A DNA stretch of 64,000 bases. Origin: a virus. The notes below the pieces were generated by a model that worked only from the letters and a program-made list of their open reading frames with translations, searched no databases and was not told the origin of the DNA. Shown here piece by piece: positions 19,690 to 30,364 of this stretch. Position 1 is the stretch's first letter. Every line of letters starts with the position of its first letter. Position numbers and translations under genes: made by a program. The stretch is taken from IMG/VR virus record IMGVR_UViG_3300045988_103907, positions 1 through 64,000 of that record, one strand, 5' to 3'.

Positions 19690-19789
19690 CTCTTGACTCC
19701 TCTACATCAATCATATCTAAAATCTCATCCAGATTTTTGCTGACCCAACTTTCCTTGCAAAATCAATAAAATCCTTAACCTGATCTTCT

Positions 19790-20086
19790 TTAATAACCAT
19801 CTTCATCCTCCACTTTTATCCACCCACATCCCGGAACATAATCCGCTTCCCAGTAATCTCTTGCCATGAAGATGAACCGTTCTCCTTCTTCGTTTACAAA
19901 ACCGGCGATAAGCGATTCTTTTGCAGAGATATACATGAAGTCAGCCTTGCCAGAAGGAACATTCTTGAGATGTTCTTTTACTTCCTTAATTCTTTTCGCA
20001 ACAGACTTATCAAGCAAGTTCACATCACATTCATTACCATTTTTGCCCATCCAATAAAAGGAATCTTTTAACTTATTTTTAGGCAT
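19790..20086 (-). CDS. Hypothetical protein
   Basis: 98 aa. Confidence 0.3.
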   Translation of the reverse strand: MPKNKLKDSFYWMGKNGNECDVNLLDKSVAKRIKEVKEHLKNVPSGKADFMYISAKESLIAGFVNEEGERFIFMARDYWEADYVPGCGWIKVEDEDGY

Positions 20087-20097
20087 TGTTTATCACC

Positions 20098-20325
20098 TTA
20101 TCGTGCATACAAGTCAAGTAGTCGCCCAACAAAATCATCAATATATTTCAAATGATTTGTATTACACGCAATACTTTCCATCGCACATCGCCTATCAACT
20201 GCAATCCACCATGCGCAGTTCTCTTTTGAGCATTTGCACTTATCTTTGTAGTAAAATAAACCAGAACTGGCGAACTTCAGCGGACAATCTTTTACATCAG
20301 CCATAAGACACCTCATTCTTGTCAT
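20098..20325 (-). CDS. Cys-rich hypothetical protein
   Basis: 75 aa, multiple Cys. Confidence 0.3.
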   Translation of the reverse strand: MTRMRCLMADVKDCPLKFASSGLFYYKDKCKCSKENCAWWIAVDRRCAMESIACNTNHLKYIDDFVGRLLDLYAR

Positions 20326-21628
20326 CTCTAAATCTTACAAAGGTCGGGAATTGCAGGGATTCAGCACCAGTTTTCTTGTCGCATGACTTTTCTTTGTATT
20401 TTACTTCTACGATTTTTCCGATATAGTCATCAAGATTTGCCCACACGGCAGCTCTCGTAGCGTCATCAAAGCCAGAACCAACCCGAAGTTCGTTGCCCTT
20501 GTAGTCCACAACTAGGGCACCCATCGTACCAGCCAGCCGATTCTGTCCTTCCTCGATTGCAGTAATGCGAAGGTCAACCGTGTAGAAACGCTTGATTTTA
20601 AGACAACCAGTATGACGCTTACGCTGATAAGGAACGCTCGTGTTTAACATCAAACCCTCCCAATCATGTGCCACAGCATAATCAAGCCACTTCGGAATCA
20701 CACTCTGGTCAGTACCTTCGTATACCATTGGAACAATTTCGATGTTTTCAAGGTTCTTACGAGCAATCTCCGCACGAAGACAATTTAGCCATTCCCGGCG
20801 GGTTTGATACTGGACAGCACACTTTCCACAGTCGAACTCTACAACAGGAATTACATCAAAAATCACAAATTTAATTCCAGTCTTGTTCTTGCTGTCAGAA
20901 TTAAGTAGGCCAGTGCCGAAACGAAACGCCTCTCCGTCCGACATTCCTTCAGGGTTCTTATAAATGAGTTCGCCATCAAACACCAAAGAATCTCGCCTCT
21001 CCACACCTCCATCATATAGAGCGAGCAGATCATTCTTAATATGGTCGAGTCCTTCAAACTTCTGCGCTTGACGAGAAATTAAATCTCCACGATACATTGT
21101 GCCCCTATTGCCGTTCATCTTCTGGCTCAGACTGAACCAGATGCCGGGTTTCAGTTTCACCTTATCGATTGGATATCCCTGCTGAACTTCCCAGACAGGA
21201 ATGATTTCCTCGCCATATACCTTGTTAATGGTGGCTGCTTCCACGCCAATCGGCAGGTTCTTGGTAAACAGTCGTTTCAAGAATTCTTCGTGCTCAGGAT
21301 TTTTATGTAAATAATTCTGGATTGTTGCGATAGACACGTCAGAACCAGTGTTGTGACCAGCACCTGTAATATAAAGGTATCCGCAACTGAGATACTGAAT
21401 ATCAATTTCAGGCTTGGCATTAACCTGCTTATTGATTTTTGCATCCGACAGTCCAGTTACGATTGCTGGATCAAGCAAGAATCGGAAGAAGGCCATCAGC
21501 TCGTCAGCCTCATCTCCGAAATCCTTTCGTACATCCAGTAAAATGCGGGCTTTGTCTGTCTTTTTCTTCGTGCTTTGTAATGCCCTTACCATCGCATTGA
21601 GCTTACCTATGAGCTCCTTATCTGTCAT
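20297..21628 (-). CDS. ATP-dependent ligase-family nucleotidyltransferase (probable DNA ligase)
   Basis: Motif I KMNGNRG (K-x-[D/N]-G-x-R), motif III LVFDGELIY, motif IV FVIFDV, motif V WEGLMLN...KIK; GAGGAGG RBS before ATG. Confidence 0.6.
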   Translation of the reverse strand: MTDKELIGKLNAMVRALQSTKKKTDKARILLDVRKDFGDEADELMAFFRFLLDPAIVTGLSDAKINKQVNAKPEIDIQYLSCGYLYITGAGHNTGSDVSIATIQNYLHKNPEHEEFLKRLFTKNLPIGVEAATINKVYGEEIIPVWEVQQGYPIDKVKLKPGIWFSLSQKMNGNRGTMYRGDLISRQAQKFEGLDHIKNDLLALYDGGVERRDSLVFDGELIYKNPEGMSDGEAFRFGTGLLNSDSKNKTGIKFVIFDVIPVVEFDCGKCAVQYQTRREWLNCLRAEIARKNLENIEIVPMVYEGTDQSVIPKWLDYAVAHDWEGLMLNTSVPYQRKRHTGCLKIKRFYTVDLRITAIEEGQNRLAGTMGALVVDYKGNELRVGSGFDDATRAAVWANLDDYIGKIVEVKYKEKSCDKKTGAESLQFPTFVRFRDDKNEVSYG

Positions 21629-21641
21629 AAAGCCTCCTCAT

Positions 21642-21659
21642 GCATCCTGTGTTGTGTAG
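21642..21659 (-). promoter_or_regulatory. Recurrent motif copy (CTACACAACACAGGATGC on the coding strand) directly upstream of ligase RBS
   Basis: Member of the GTATCCTGT/ACAGGATAC motif family, downstream of a terminator hairpin. Confidence 0.4.
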
Positions 21660-21667
21660 TTACAACC

Positions 21668-21700
21668 AATAAAGAAAGGCTTGCCATTACGAGCAAGCCA
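21668..21700 (-). terminator. Rho-independent terminator (GGCTTGC-TCGTAATG-GCAAGCC followed by TTTCTTTATT on the minus strand)
   Basis: 7-bp GC-rich stem plus T-rich tail read on the minus strand, downstream of the recD-like gene. Confidence 0.5.
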
Positions 21701-21710
21701 TTTCTTTCTC

Positions 21711-21790
21711 GTATCCTGTATTATATAGCTAAAGAGAGATTTTTAAGCCTCCGAGATGGAGACTTTTTATAGCTATATTATACAGGATGC
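21711..21790. promoter_or_regulatory. Inverted pair of the recurrent motif (GTATCCTGTATTATATAGCT ... AGCTATATTATACAGGATGC) with 40-nt spacer containing a small CTCC/GGAG hairpin
   Basis: Exact 20-bp inverted repeat read in sequence. Confidence 0.5.
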
Positions 21791-21801
21791 TTATATAATT
21801 G

Positions 21802-24132
21802 TCAATGCTTTTCTGAAAATTCTTTCCGTAAAAATTCCTTCAGGAACGTCCGCTTATATGGAACTCTCGAAGTCTTTACCGCCCGATCAAGAGCATGAGT
21901 TTCAGCACAAATCACACAATACTTCTTAGCACGAGTGATGGCCGTATAGAGCCATTCTCTCGTCAACATCAAGTACGCAGAGTTATCCATACCAACAATC
22001 ACATACGGAGCCTCACTGCCCTGCAGTTTATGACAACTTAAAGCATAAGCAAGTTCAAGCGTTGCCCAGATGTTATTCCCACCAAAGTAATGTGGAATGA
22101 AGATCGTTCCCCACTGGTCAAAATCAACCAGAATAAAACTGCTTTCAATCTTTCGAATGATGCCACGGTTGCCGTTAAACACCGGACACTTCTCTTCTTT
22201 TTTCTTTGTCTTGAGATTGTATGTATGAAGTTCATAGTTATTCTTGTTGATAATGACCTGATCGCCCTCGCGCAGAGTGTACACTCTGTCCTTTCCATCA
22301 CCATAGACGGAAATCTTCGCTTCGGTCTGACCACGATTTGGATTCACAATCTCCTGAATAGCGTTATTCACCTCGTAGGTGCAGATGCTACCACGGAGCT
22401 TCTGCGGAAGTACAATCTGAATCTTCGCACTATCATTCCCTACCTTATTATATAAGGTACGGTACTGATTGATGATGTGGTTGAACGACTCATTTGCATC
22501 CTTATAGATATCAAGCTCCAAGTCACGAAGTTCACCACGAATCTCATTGCCAGCCCAGCCATAAGGAACCAACTGCGTAGCATTACGAACCTTAATGCTT
22601 TCCGTGATAATTGCAGACTTAGCTGCCTGACGATGGATCTTAGTCAAACGAGCAACAGGAACAACCTTAGATGCAAGCATATCCTTGAAGATGTTGCACA
22701 TACCGATACTCTCAAGCTGTCCGTCATCACCAATCATGATAAATCGCTTACCAGTTTCGATTGCTTGAATCAAATCGTAAAATAATTTAGCGCCAACCAT
22801 AGAGGTTTCATCCAGAATGATGATATCCTCCTCTAAAGGATTGTTCTTATTATGAATAAAGCCACCATTTTCAATGTCGTAACCAAGGAGGCGGTGAATT
22901 GTCTTGCCGTCCTGACCAGTAATCTCCTGCATACGAGCAGCAGCACGACCAGAGAGTGCAGTCTGGGCAAACGACTTACCACGAAGAACCTTTAGGACAC
23001 CAGCGACAACGGTACTTTTACCGGTTCCTCCGTAGCCTGTCAAGATACAGACATTACTAGAGCATACCTTTTTAATAGCATCTCTCTGCCCCTCGGTGTA
23101 CTCGATGCCAAGAGCACGTTCCGCCTCATCGATTGCAGCGTCCATGTTTCGACCAATCGGCTCAACAGGTGCATCCGCCAGACGCTTAATTTCCTTTGCA
23201 ATCTCATTTTCCAGATTCCACACTCTGGTCAAAGCAAATTCTTGACGATCATCACTCCACCAAAGCGTTTCACGGACATCGTGCAGATGGAAAAGTGCTC
23301 TCTTGATAACCTCTTGGTCACCCTCATCCAAGCCAAGTTCCTTAATGCAACTATTTATTGTCTGGTTTGCCGGGATGATAGAATTGCCTTCTTCGGCACG
23401 GTCGGCAAGAAAATGCATGACGTAAGCTTCAATTCGGAACTGAGAGTTTGGCTTCAATCCCATATTCAATGCAAGAGCGTCAGCTTTCTTCCATCCAATA
23501 CCATATACATCGTCAATCAGAACATAAGGGTTCTCTTCAATCTTCCTAACCAGAGTGTCTGCACCGTGATATTGATGAACAAGTTTCCCGATTGCACTGG
23601 GAGTCAAACCATACTCAATCAGCTTCGTGTATGCTTCGCTATTATCAATATTATTTTCAAAGGCATCGATAATTTTCTGTGCTCGACCTTCCGTGATGCC
23701 ACTAACAGTGCAAAGAGACTTGATATCACCGTTCTTGATGATCTCATACGGATTGTCAAATGCTTCATAAAGCATCTCAAACTGATGTTCTGTTAAGATA
23801 AAATGGAGAAAGCTTTTCTGTTCTTCTGGGTCAGTAATCTCTTGAAACTCATTCATGTAGACGATTTTATACTGGTCACCAAACTTTTCATGGTGAACAT
23901 ACTCGCCACAGAACGAATAAGTCTTATCCATATCAAGACTAGGGACGTTGCCTTTCAGTCGGAGGTCACTATATCGGCTCATGATAGGGTTTCCCTGCTT
24001 GATTTTTACCACTTCGGCAGAGAAAGTGGCGAAGCCGCCGGGCTCCACCTCCTTCCCATCTTTCGGATAAAAGACTCGTTTTATCCTGATATAGCAACGA
24101 ATCATATTTTCATTAAATTTCTTATTTGCCAC
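21802..24132 (-). CDS. RecD-like SF1 DNA helicase
   Basis: Walker A ILTGYGGTGKST, C-terminal HKLQGSEAPYVIVGM typical of RecD/RecD2; 776 aa. Confidence 0.8.
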   Translation of the reverse strand: MANKKFNENMIRCYIRIKRVFYPKDGKEVEPGGFATFSAEVVKIKQGNPIMSRYSDLRLKGNVPSLDMDKTYSFCGEYVHHEKFGDQYKIVYMNEFQEITDPEEQKSFLHFILTEHQFEMLYEAFDNPYEIIKNGDIKSLCTVSGITEGRAQKIIDAFENNIDNSEAYTKLIEYGLTPSAIGKLVHQYHGADTLVRKIEENPYVLIDDVYGIGWKKADALALNMGLKPNSQFRIEAYVMHFLADRAEEGNSIIPANQTINSCIKELGLDEGDQEVIKRALFHLHDVRETLWWSDDRQEFALTRVWNLENEIAKEIKRLADAPVEPIGRNMDAAIDEAERALGIEYTEGQRDAIKKVCSSNVCILTGYGGTGKSTVVAGVLKVLRGKSFAQTALSGRAAARMQEITGQDGKTIHRLLGYDIENGGFIHNKNNPLEEDIIILDETSMVGAKLFYDLIQAIETGKRFIMIGDDGQLESIGMCNIFKDMLASKVVPVARLTKIHRQAAKSAIITESIKVRNATQLVPYGWAGNEIRGELRDLELDIYKDANESFNHIINQYRTLYNKVGNDSAKIQIVLPQKLRGSICTYEVNNAIQEIVNPNRGQTEAKISVYGDGKDRVYTLREGDQVIINKNNYELHTYNLKTKKKEEKCPVFNGNRGIIRKIESSFILVDFDQWGTIFIPHYFGGNNIWATLELAYALSCHKLQGSEAPYVIVGMDNSAYLMLTREWLYTAITRAKKYCVICAETHALDRAVKTSRVPYKRTFLKEFLRKEFSEKH

Positions 24133-24144
24133 TTTATAGTCCTC

Positions 24145-27100
24145 TTACGCTATCTCTCTATCATGCAGCCACTGCTTGTAAGGTTTGAAGTCGCTTGCAA
24201 TAACGTGCGATTCATCTTCCTTCTTTCCGAGCACAGCTACCTGACTTCCCTTTACAATCAAATCCTGATAATCTGACAAGACTCTCGGCCATACGGTCAG
24301 CTCAATGATACCATCGCCAGAATACAGATTTACAAATGCAAACTGCATACCAGTCTTTGTTTTCTTCTTTTGGATCTTTGCGATAATACCAACAAGCACA
24401 CAAGAATCACCTTCTTCAATTTCAGAAAAATCCTTAATGTAAGTAAATGCCTTCTCGAAAGGATTCGGGTCACTGATAAAGGTCTGCAAAGTCTGGAACT
24501 CCCAAAGTTCTTCATCTTGTAGATATTTCGTAGTCTGCTCGGCCATATATGCTTCTTTCTTTTTCAGCTTCTCAGTTTCATGTACGACACGACGCTTTTC
24601 ATTATAGATTCGTAGGACGGTTTCTTTATCAACCTTCTTACCAACCTTACAATGCTCCGTATCAATATCCCACTTACTCAGCAAAACTGCCTTGGTAGGA
24701 AGTGTACTGACTGGTTTAAATTCAGATTGTTCCAAACCGCTGGCAATATACTTTTCCAAAAATACTCGTTTGTTCTTTGTAGGAATCGCACCGGATTTGA
24801 CCAACGCAATGATCTGCGCTTTCGTTGCACGAACACGACTCGTAAAATCATCAAGTCCCTTAAATTTTCCATTTCTATCTCGTTCTGCAATGATAGTTTC
24901 AGCAAGTGTATTGCCAATACCACCGATAGCAGATAAGCCAAACAGAATTTTGCCATTTGACACAGTGAAATCCATACCGGAACGATTGATACTCGGCGGA
25001 AGAATCTGAATATCAAAGCTGCGTGCATCCACCATAATCTTGTTGACCTTGCCAACCTTTGCTTTATTTAGGTTCAACATAGCCTTAAAGAATGCAAGCG
25101 GATGGTGTGTTTTTAAGTATGCGGTTTGAAGGCAGATAACGGCATACGCCTGAGAATGGCTGGCGTTGAACCCATAGCCGCCCTTCGTTGACAACTCGTT
25201 GCAAATGTACTCGGCGGTCGCTTTATCGTATCCATTCGCAATAATCTCATCATGAAGAAGTTCGACTTCTTCCTTGACTTTCTCAGGTTTCTTCTTTGCC
25301 AAACACTTACGCATTCTATCAGCACCGGCATCGTTTCGACCGCCAAAGACCTTCGTGAGCTTCATGCTCTGTTCCTGATAGATGTTCACGCCATAGGTAC
25401 TGCGGAAAATTGGTTCCATATCAGGATGGAAGTAGTGAATATGTTCAGGATGATACTTGCAATCAACGTATGTAGGAATCGACGGCATTGCATCAGGACG
25501 ATAAAGAGCAATCAGAGCAGACAACTCTTCAATCGACCTAGGCTGAAGCTGCGCAACCAGATCTTTCATGCCAGACGATTCAATCTGGAATAGATTGTCT
25601 GTCTTACCGGAACAAATCAAATCGTAAGTTGCCTTGTCGTTCTCGAACTCTGGATTGTTGATATCAATTTCCCAGTCTGGAATATTATCCTCACGCTTCG
25701 CTTCATCAATAGCAACCAGCGACGCAACACCAAGAATATCAAACTTGACGAGTCCAATCTTCTCGTCCATCACTTTATCAACAGAAATAACGTGTTCTCC
25801 GTCAGTGCCGTGCCGAATGCCGATATACTCATAATAAGGATGTCGGCAGACAATAACACCGCCAGCATGAATACCATATCCTCGTGGGCGACCATTGATA
25901 TGACTTGCGATGTCAAGTAGTTCCTTATACTTCGGATTTTCAACCACTTCCGGGTTGGCTTCACGACAATCCTTCCATGTCTTTTGAACAAACTTCTCGC
26001 TGATTTTTCTTATTTCGGCATACGGAAAACCGAGAACTTTACCAACGTCCTGAATCGAAGTGACCGGAGTAGTGTACACGATGTTCATAACCTGAACTAC
26101 TCGATCTTCTCCATACTTCTGTGTCAGATACTCGACGACCTTGGCACGGTCACTGACATCAACATCAACGTCAGGAAGGTCTTTTCGCTCAATGGTAAGG
26201 AATCGTCCGAAGTCAAGTTCATACTTGATGGAATCAAGCTGCGTAATGCCAATCAGGTAACATACAAGTGAGCCAGCTGCAGAACCACGACCAGGGCCAA
26301 CAATGACATCATTTTTCTTACACCAGTTGATGTAATCAACCAGAATCAAAAAGTAATCACAGAAGTCTTTCTTCTCAATGACAAATAACTCGTCATCAAC
26401 ACGCTTACGATAGATTTTCTGTTTTTCTACATCAAACTTGTCAATACCGCGTTTCTTCCATCCCTCTTTTACAAGGTCTTTCAAGTAAGCTGCTGAGTTA
26501 GAATACTGTGGAGGAATCTCGATTTTAGGAAGTTCAGGTTCGTGCCAAGGCATATCCACATAGTCACATAAGTCAGCAACCTCATCAGTATTGTTGATAC
26601 ACCATTCTGCTGCATCATATCCAATCTGACTATCAAGGACCTCATGTTGCTCTTTACGAGACATAAAATAGCATCCCTCGTAGATTTCTGCGGCAGTTTC
26701 CGTATCATGTGCGATACGAAGGAAGTAATCTTGATAATAAAGATCCTCTTTGGTAGCAGCATGAACATCGTTTGTGACGACTACTTTTGTATGAGTATCG
26801 TTTGCCAACCGCATGATTTTCTGATTATATTTTGCTTGTTCACTGTTTGCGTGAGCCTGAACCTCAAGATAATAGTGAGGGAATAAGTTCTTATACTCTT
26901 GAACCAGCTTGACACAAGTGTCATAATCATCCGTTCTGGACAGCCTACTCGCCAAACAAGCAGACAGGATAATTAAATTATTCGTATCTTCCTTAGCGAT
27001 ATCCTCTTTTGTGATACGAGGACGGCTGTAAAAGCCATGAAGATGACCGAGTGTAGATAAGCGATTGACTGCCTGACGACCAGCTTCGTTTTTTGCGATG

Positions 27101-27360
27101 ATAATCAAGTGCCAGTATTTACTGTTCTTGTCCTTTACTTCCCTGTCCTCGCACTCGTATGCCTCAATACCATAAAGAAGTTTTACACTAGGATATTTGT
27201 CTTTTAGTTCTGAGTAGTACGGCCAGCTTGTTACCTCACCATGTTCCGTAATGGCAATGGCTTTTAAACCGAGTTCAGATGCTCTTTTTAGATTTTCTTC
27301 AGGAGAAGAGTACCCATCTAGCAGACTATAATTCGAGTGCGTGTGTAAACTACTTGACAT
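24145..27360 (-). CDS. dnaE: DNA polymerase III alpha subunit (DnaE-type, PHP domain)
   Basis: N-terminal PHP MSSSLHTHSNYSLLDG...ITEHG, 1071 aa, polymerase core and OB fold region. Confidence 0.9.
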   Translation of the reverse strand: MSSSLHTHSNYSLLDGYSSPEENLKRASELGLKAIAITEHGEVTSWPYYSELKDKYPSVKLLYGIEAYECEDREVKDKNSKYWHLIIIAKNEAGRQAVNRLSTLGHLHGFYSRPRITKEDIAKEDTNNLIILSACLASRLSRTDDYDTCVKLVQEYKNLFPHYYLEVQAHANSEQAKYNQKIMRLANDTHTKVVVTNDVHAATKEDLYYQDYFLRIAHDTETAAEIYEGCYFMSRKEQHEVLDSQIGYDAAEWCINNTDEVADLCDYVDMPWHEPELPKIEIPPQYSNSAAYLKDLVKEGWKKRGIDKFDVEKQKIYRKRVDDELFVIEKKDFCDYFLILVDYINWCKKNDVIVGPGRGSAAGSLVCYLIGITQLDSIKYELDFGRFLTIERKDLPDVDVDVSDRAKVVEYLTQKYGEDRVVQVMNIVYTTPVTSIQDVGKVLGFPYAEIRKISEKFVQKTWKDCREANPEVVENPKYKELLDIASHINGRPRGYGIHAGGVIVCRHPYYEYIGIRHGTDGEHVISVDKVMDEKIGLVKFDILGVASLVAIDEAKREDNIPDWEIDINNPEFENDKATYDLICSGKTDNLFQIESSGMKDLVAQLQPRSIEELSALIALYRPDAMPSIPTYVDCKYHPEHIHYFHPDMEPIFRSTYGVNIYQEQSMKLTKVFGGRNDAGADRMRKCLAKKKPEKVKEEVELLHDEIIANGYDKATAEYICNELSTKGGYGFNASHSQAYAVICLQTAYLKTHHPLAFFKAMLNLNKAKVGKVNKIMVDARSFDIQILPPSINRSGMDFTVSNGKILFGLSAIGGIGNTLAETIIAERDRNGKFKGLDDFTSRVRATKAQIIALVKSGAIPTKNKRVFLEKYIASGLEQSEFKPVSTLPTKAVLLSKWDIDTEHCKVGKKVDKETVLRIYNEKRRVVHETEKLKKKEAYMAEQTTKYLQDEELWEFQTLQTFISDPNPFEKAFTYIKDFSEIEEGDSCVLVGIIAKIQKKKTKTGMQFAFVNLYSGDGIIELTVWPRVLSDYQDLIVKGSQVAVLGKKEDESHVIASDFKPYKQWLHDREIA

Positions 27361-27362
27361 TC

Positions 27363-28118
27363 TTACTCCTTCCTCTTATCTCCAAACTTAATAATGTCAT
27401 CAAAAAGCATCACATAGTCGTCAGTGTACTTGTTACCATGAAAATGGCCGAAGTACCAGAATGGTTTACAATCGTTAGGATAGCATTCGTATATATTATC
27501 AAAGAATATTTCAGTTGACTGGTCTACTGTGCTTTGATCAATACCACCGATAAACAATTCAGTTGGAATGAACCGGAATGGACAGGTATGCGTGAGCATA
27601 ACATCAATATCATCGATTTGAGGATCGTGTGTAATATTCCAGATCTTTTTCTTAGTCTTCTCATTAGGCTGTTCATCCGGCCACCAGTTCCATCCACGCT
27701 CCAACCGATAACATTTATCTACGGAATAAGCTCCGCCACAAACAAGACAGTTCAGAATTTCCCTATCAGCAAGAATCTGGTAAACTTCGCCATCAATAGC
27801 GAAATACTGATTTGGATAATGTGAATCATGCCACACCTTACTACAAATATCTCCACTGATTTTCTTTGTCCTATAACCATCCTTACGAGACGGGCGGCGC
27901 TCGTGGTTGCCATGAATACAAAACAGATTTGCAGGAATATCTGCGGCGATAGTCTTGATACTCCATTCGCAAGGGTCGTCCTTGCCGTAATAGTTCAAAC
28001 CGACATCGCCAAGGCAGACAATCCAGTCATTCTTTCCAAGATTGTGTTCGTGGCAAAACTTTTCCAATTCTAAAAAACGATTGTAATCACCATGAATATC
28101 GCCTGTAATGTAAACCAT
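27363..28118 (-). CDS. Calcineurin-like metallophosphoesterase
   Basis: GDIHGDY ... CLGDVGLNY ... IHGNHE motifs. Confidence 0.65.
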   Translation of the reverse strand: MVYITGDIHGDYNRFLELEKFCHEHNLGKNDWIVCLGDVGLNYYGKDDPCEWSIKTIAADIPANLFCIHGNHERRPSRKDGYRTKKISGDICSKVWHDSHYPNQYFAIDGEVYQILADREILNCLVCGGAYSVDKCYRLERGWNWWPDEQPNEKTKKKIWNITHDPQIDDIDVMLTHTCPFRFIPTELFIGGIDQSTVDQSTEIFFDNIYECYPNDCKPFWYFGHFHGNKYTDDYVMLFDDIIKFGDKRKE

Positions 28119-28310
28119 TCATTCACCCCTCTCATAAACTCGCCAATGCCATGTGCTACCATCGCCCGGATAAAACCTATCGCAAAAGTCCTCAAAACGA
28201 CATCCTTCACATGGATCATCTTTTGATAAATCTATCACTGGATGGCTTTGGCATTCTGCGATAAATTCTTTAACGTCTGCTTCAAACTGTTCAGGCATCA
28301 GCATTGTCAA
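28119..28310 (-). CDS. Cys-rich hypothetical protein
   Basis: 63 aa; its TGA is immediately followed in frame by the ATG of the phosphoesterase gene. Confidence 0.35.
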   Translation of the reverse strand: MTMLMPEQFEADVKEFIAECQSHPVIDLSKDDPCEGCRFEDFCDRFYPGDGSTWHWRVYERGE

Positions 28311-28638
28311 TTAACTCTCCATTTTTTACAACCTTAGCCTTATCATCCCAATATTCATTAGCTCCAACCTTTCTAGGAGCAGTGCCAAAATGTTCTTTCC
28401 ATTCAGGAAGACTCTCGTTGATGGCATCAAAATACAGTCCCCATTCAGCACAAGCCTCAAGTGCGTTATAAAGCAGTTCACCTTCCCGGCAAGTCCAGAG
28501 AATCAAACCAGCACCATGCTTCTGTTCCTGAATTGCCTGATAGATAACATTCCAATTCGGCTCACCAATATCAGGATATTCATTCTCGCAGAGCGTACCA
28601 TCAAAGTCGATGGCGATAGCACGTTTCCAATTTCCCAT
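28291..28638 (-). CDS. Small HAD-like hydrolase (DxDGT motif)
   Basis: IAIDFDGTLC motif I; 115 aa is short for a full HAD fold. Confidence 0.45.
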   Translation of the reverse strand: MGNWKRAIAIDFDGTLCENEYPDIGEPNWNVIYQAIQEQKHGAGLILWTCREGELLYNALEACAEWGLYFDAINESLPEWKEHFGTAPRKVGANEYWDDKAKVVKNGELIDNADA

Positions 28639-28639
28639 A

Positions 28640-30364
28640 TCAAATCACCTCAAAATCAACAATCTGTGCCTGCGGAGTCACCTTGTTTCCGTATTGATTT
28701 AAGGATAACCGGCACACAGCATTGATATATTTTTCTTCCCGACCACCATAAAAGTCATTGTTGATCCAGTCAATCATCCGGCCATTATCTACAAAGCACA
28801 CAAAATCAATGCCTTTTTCTTCGTCAGAATATTTCCACATATTACCGTTCTTGCCCATCGGAGCACATCCACTATGAATCAGCGGGATGTTTTTAATGTA
28901 AAAATACGGCTCAGAGATTCCCTGTGCCCAGATTTTATGCATCTCGTACATGGTCTTCGGCAATGCAACGGTCAGCCTACTATAGTCAAAATCAAAATCA
29001 ACTACGATCGCCTTACTCATCGTGACATTTTTAAGCAGCTCATTACAATCCGCAATCGCTTTTGGCACATTTTCTTTCTTGATTTTCACACCAGCTGCGT
29101 TATCATGACCAAGAACTGACTCAAAATCTCCGGTACTCATCAAGAACTCCTTTAAACTTTCAATCGGAGAACCGTCAGGATTTCTCATTGAACCACCGTA
29201 ATGATCCGGTTCATCAGCGAAGGTACGAAGCAGTACGCACGGTTTTGCATACATTTCAGCCAGCTTGATTGCCACAACACCAGTCAGAGTGTTATCAAGA
29301 ATGCCGGTGGAGTTACAGAAAAGAATCTTATTCTGGTCTGCACCATGCTTTTCAATCAGTTCCTGAAGCTCTGCGACAGCCTTATCCTTGGCCTTGTTTT
29401 GCTGATACTTACAAGAGGAGCACTCGCGAGCCACATGCTGCGCCAGAGTTTCATCAATCGTAACACCAGCATTCTTACCACGAGTCGGAGTGTACTGGAA
29501 CGTCTGTTCCTCACCAACCATCGCACGGAACATCCGCTTCTTTTGCTCGGACGAGCCAACGCGAATCAGTGCGTTCATCATCGGAACGACGTAGAATTGA
29601 ACGTCATTGATAGTCGGGTCACCCTTGATGTTGAAACTATTCGCCTCAATCAAAGCACAAATCATCGGATTTACAATTCGTGCCAGACCTTTCGTGCAAA
29701 GGCGCTTTGTCTCATGCGAGTGCATATCCATAACGTCACCGATGTTTCCGACGGCCACCAGATCAAGATATCGGTCTGCAACATCAGTCCAATTATATTC
29801 ATCAACAGCCTGAAGGAATTTATACACCACGCCAGCGCCAGAAAGTTCCTTGTTAGGATATGTACCATTCTGATTATTGACGATTACTGCGTAAGGATTC
29901 TCTCTATCACAGATATGATGGTCAAGAATCAGAATATCGATGCCCTTATCACGAAGTTCTTTGCATTGCTCAACATCGTTACTGCCAGCGTCAGGAATAA
30001 TCAGCAGAGTGGTTTCAGGTGGAACCTCAATTTCTTTAGAGAGTCCATGCTCCTTGCCACTATGATGCAGAACATTGATTTTTCCAAAATAACCAATCGT
30101 CTTCAAATACTGAAACATCATTGAGGCACTTGTGAAACCATCCACATCACAGTCTACAAGGATAGAGATAATAGACTTATTCCAGATGTGTTTGTTCAAC
30201 AGCCTGACAGCATCTTCTATGTTGTCCAGTTCCCACGGAGAATTTAAGCAAGAATCATCCAGATTCATGTAGGTCTTATAATCCTCAATCCCTCTATTCT
30301 CCATAATCGTTCCAATCGGGTCTGATAGGTCGTTCCTACTCCCATTCCAGAGTTTTACATTCAT
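28640..30364 (-). CDS. RecJ-like DHH-family exonuclease
   Basis: ILVDCDVDGFTSA and ILDHHICD (DHH) motifs; 574 aa. Confidence 0.65.
   Translation of the reverse strand: MNVKLWNGSRNDLSDPIGTIMENRGIEDYKTYMNLDDSCLNSPWELDNIEDAVRLLNKHIWNKSIISILVDCDVDGFTSASMMFQYLKTIGYFGKINVLHHSGKEHGLSKEIEVPPETTLLIIPDAGSNDVEQCKELRDKGIDILILDHHICDRENPYAVIVNNQNGTYPNKELSGAGVVYKFLQAVDEYNWTDVADRYLDLVAVGNIGDVMDMHSHETKRLCTKGLARIVNPMICALIEANSFNIKGDPTINDVQFYVVPMMNALIRVGSSEQKKRMFRAMVGEEQTFQYTPTRGKNAGVTIDETLAQHVARECSSCKYQQNKAKDKAVAELQELIEKHGADQNKILFCNSTGILDNTLTGVVAIKLAEMYAKPCVLLRTFADEPDHYGGSMRNPDGSPIESLKEFLMSTGDFESVLGHDNAAGVKIKKENVPKAIADCNELLKNVTMSKAIVVDFDFDYSRLTVALPKTMYEMHKIWAQGISEPYFYIKNIPLIHSGCAPMGKNGNMWKYSDEEKGIDFVCFVDNGRMIDWINNDFYGGREEKYINAVCRLSLNQYGNKVTPQAQIVDFEVI

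Noticed and set aside
29201-30124. 307-aa plus-strand ORF
   Set aside because: Antisense shadow of the RecJ-like gene 28640..30364.
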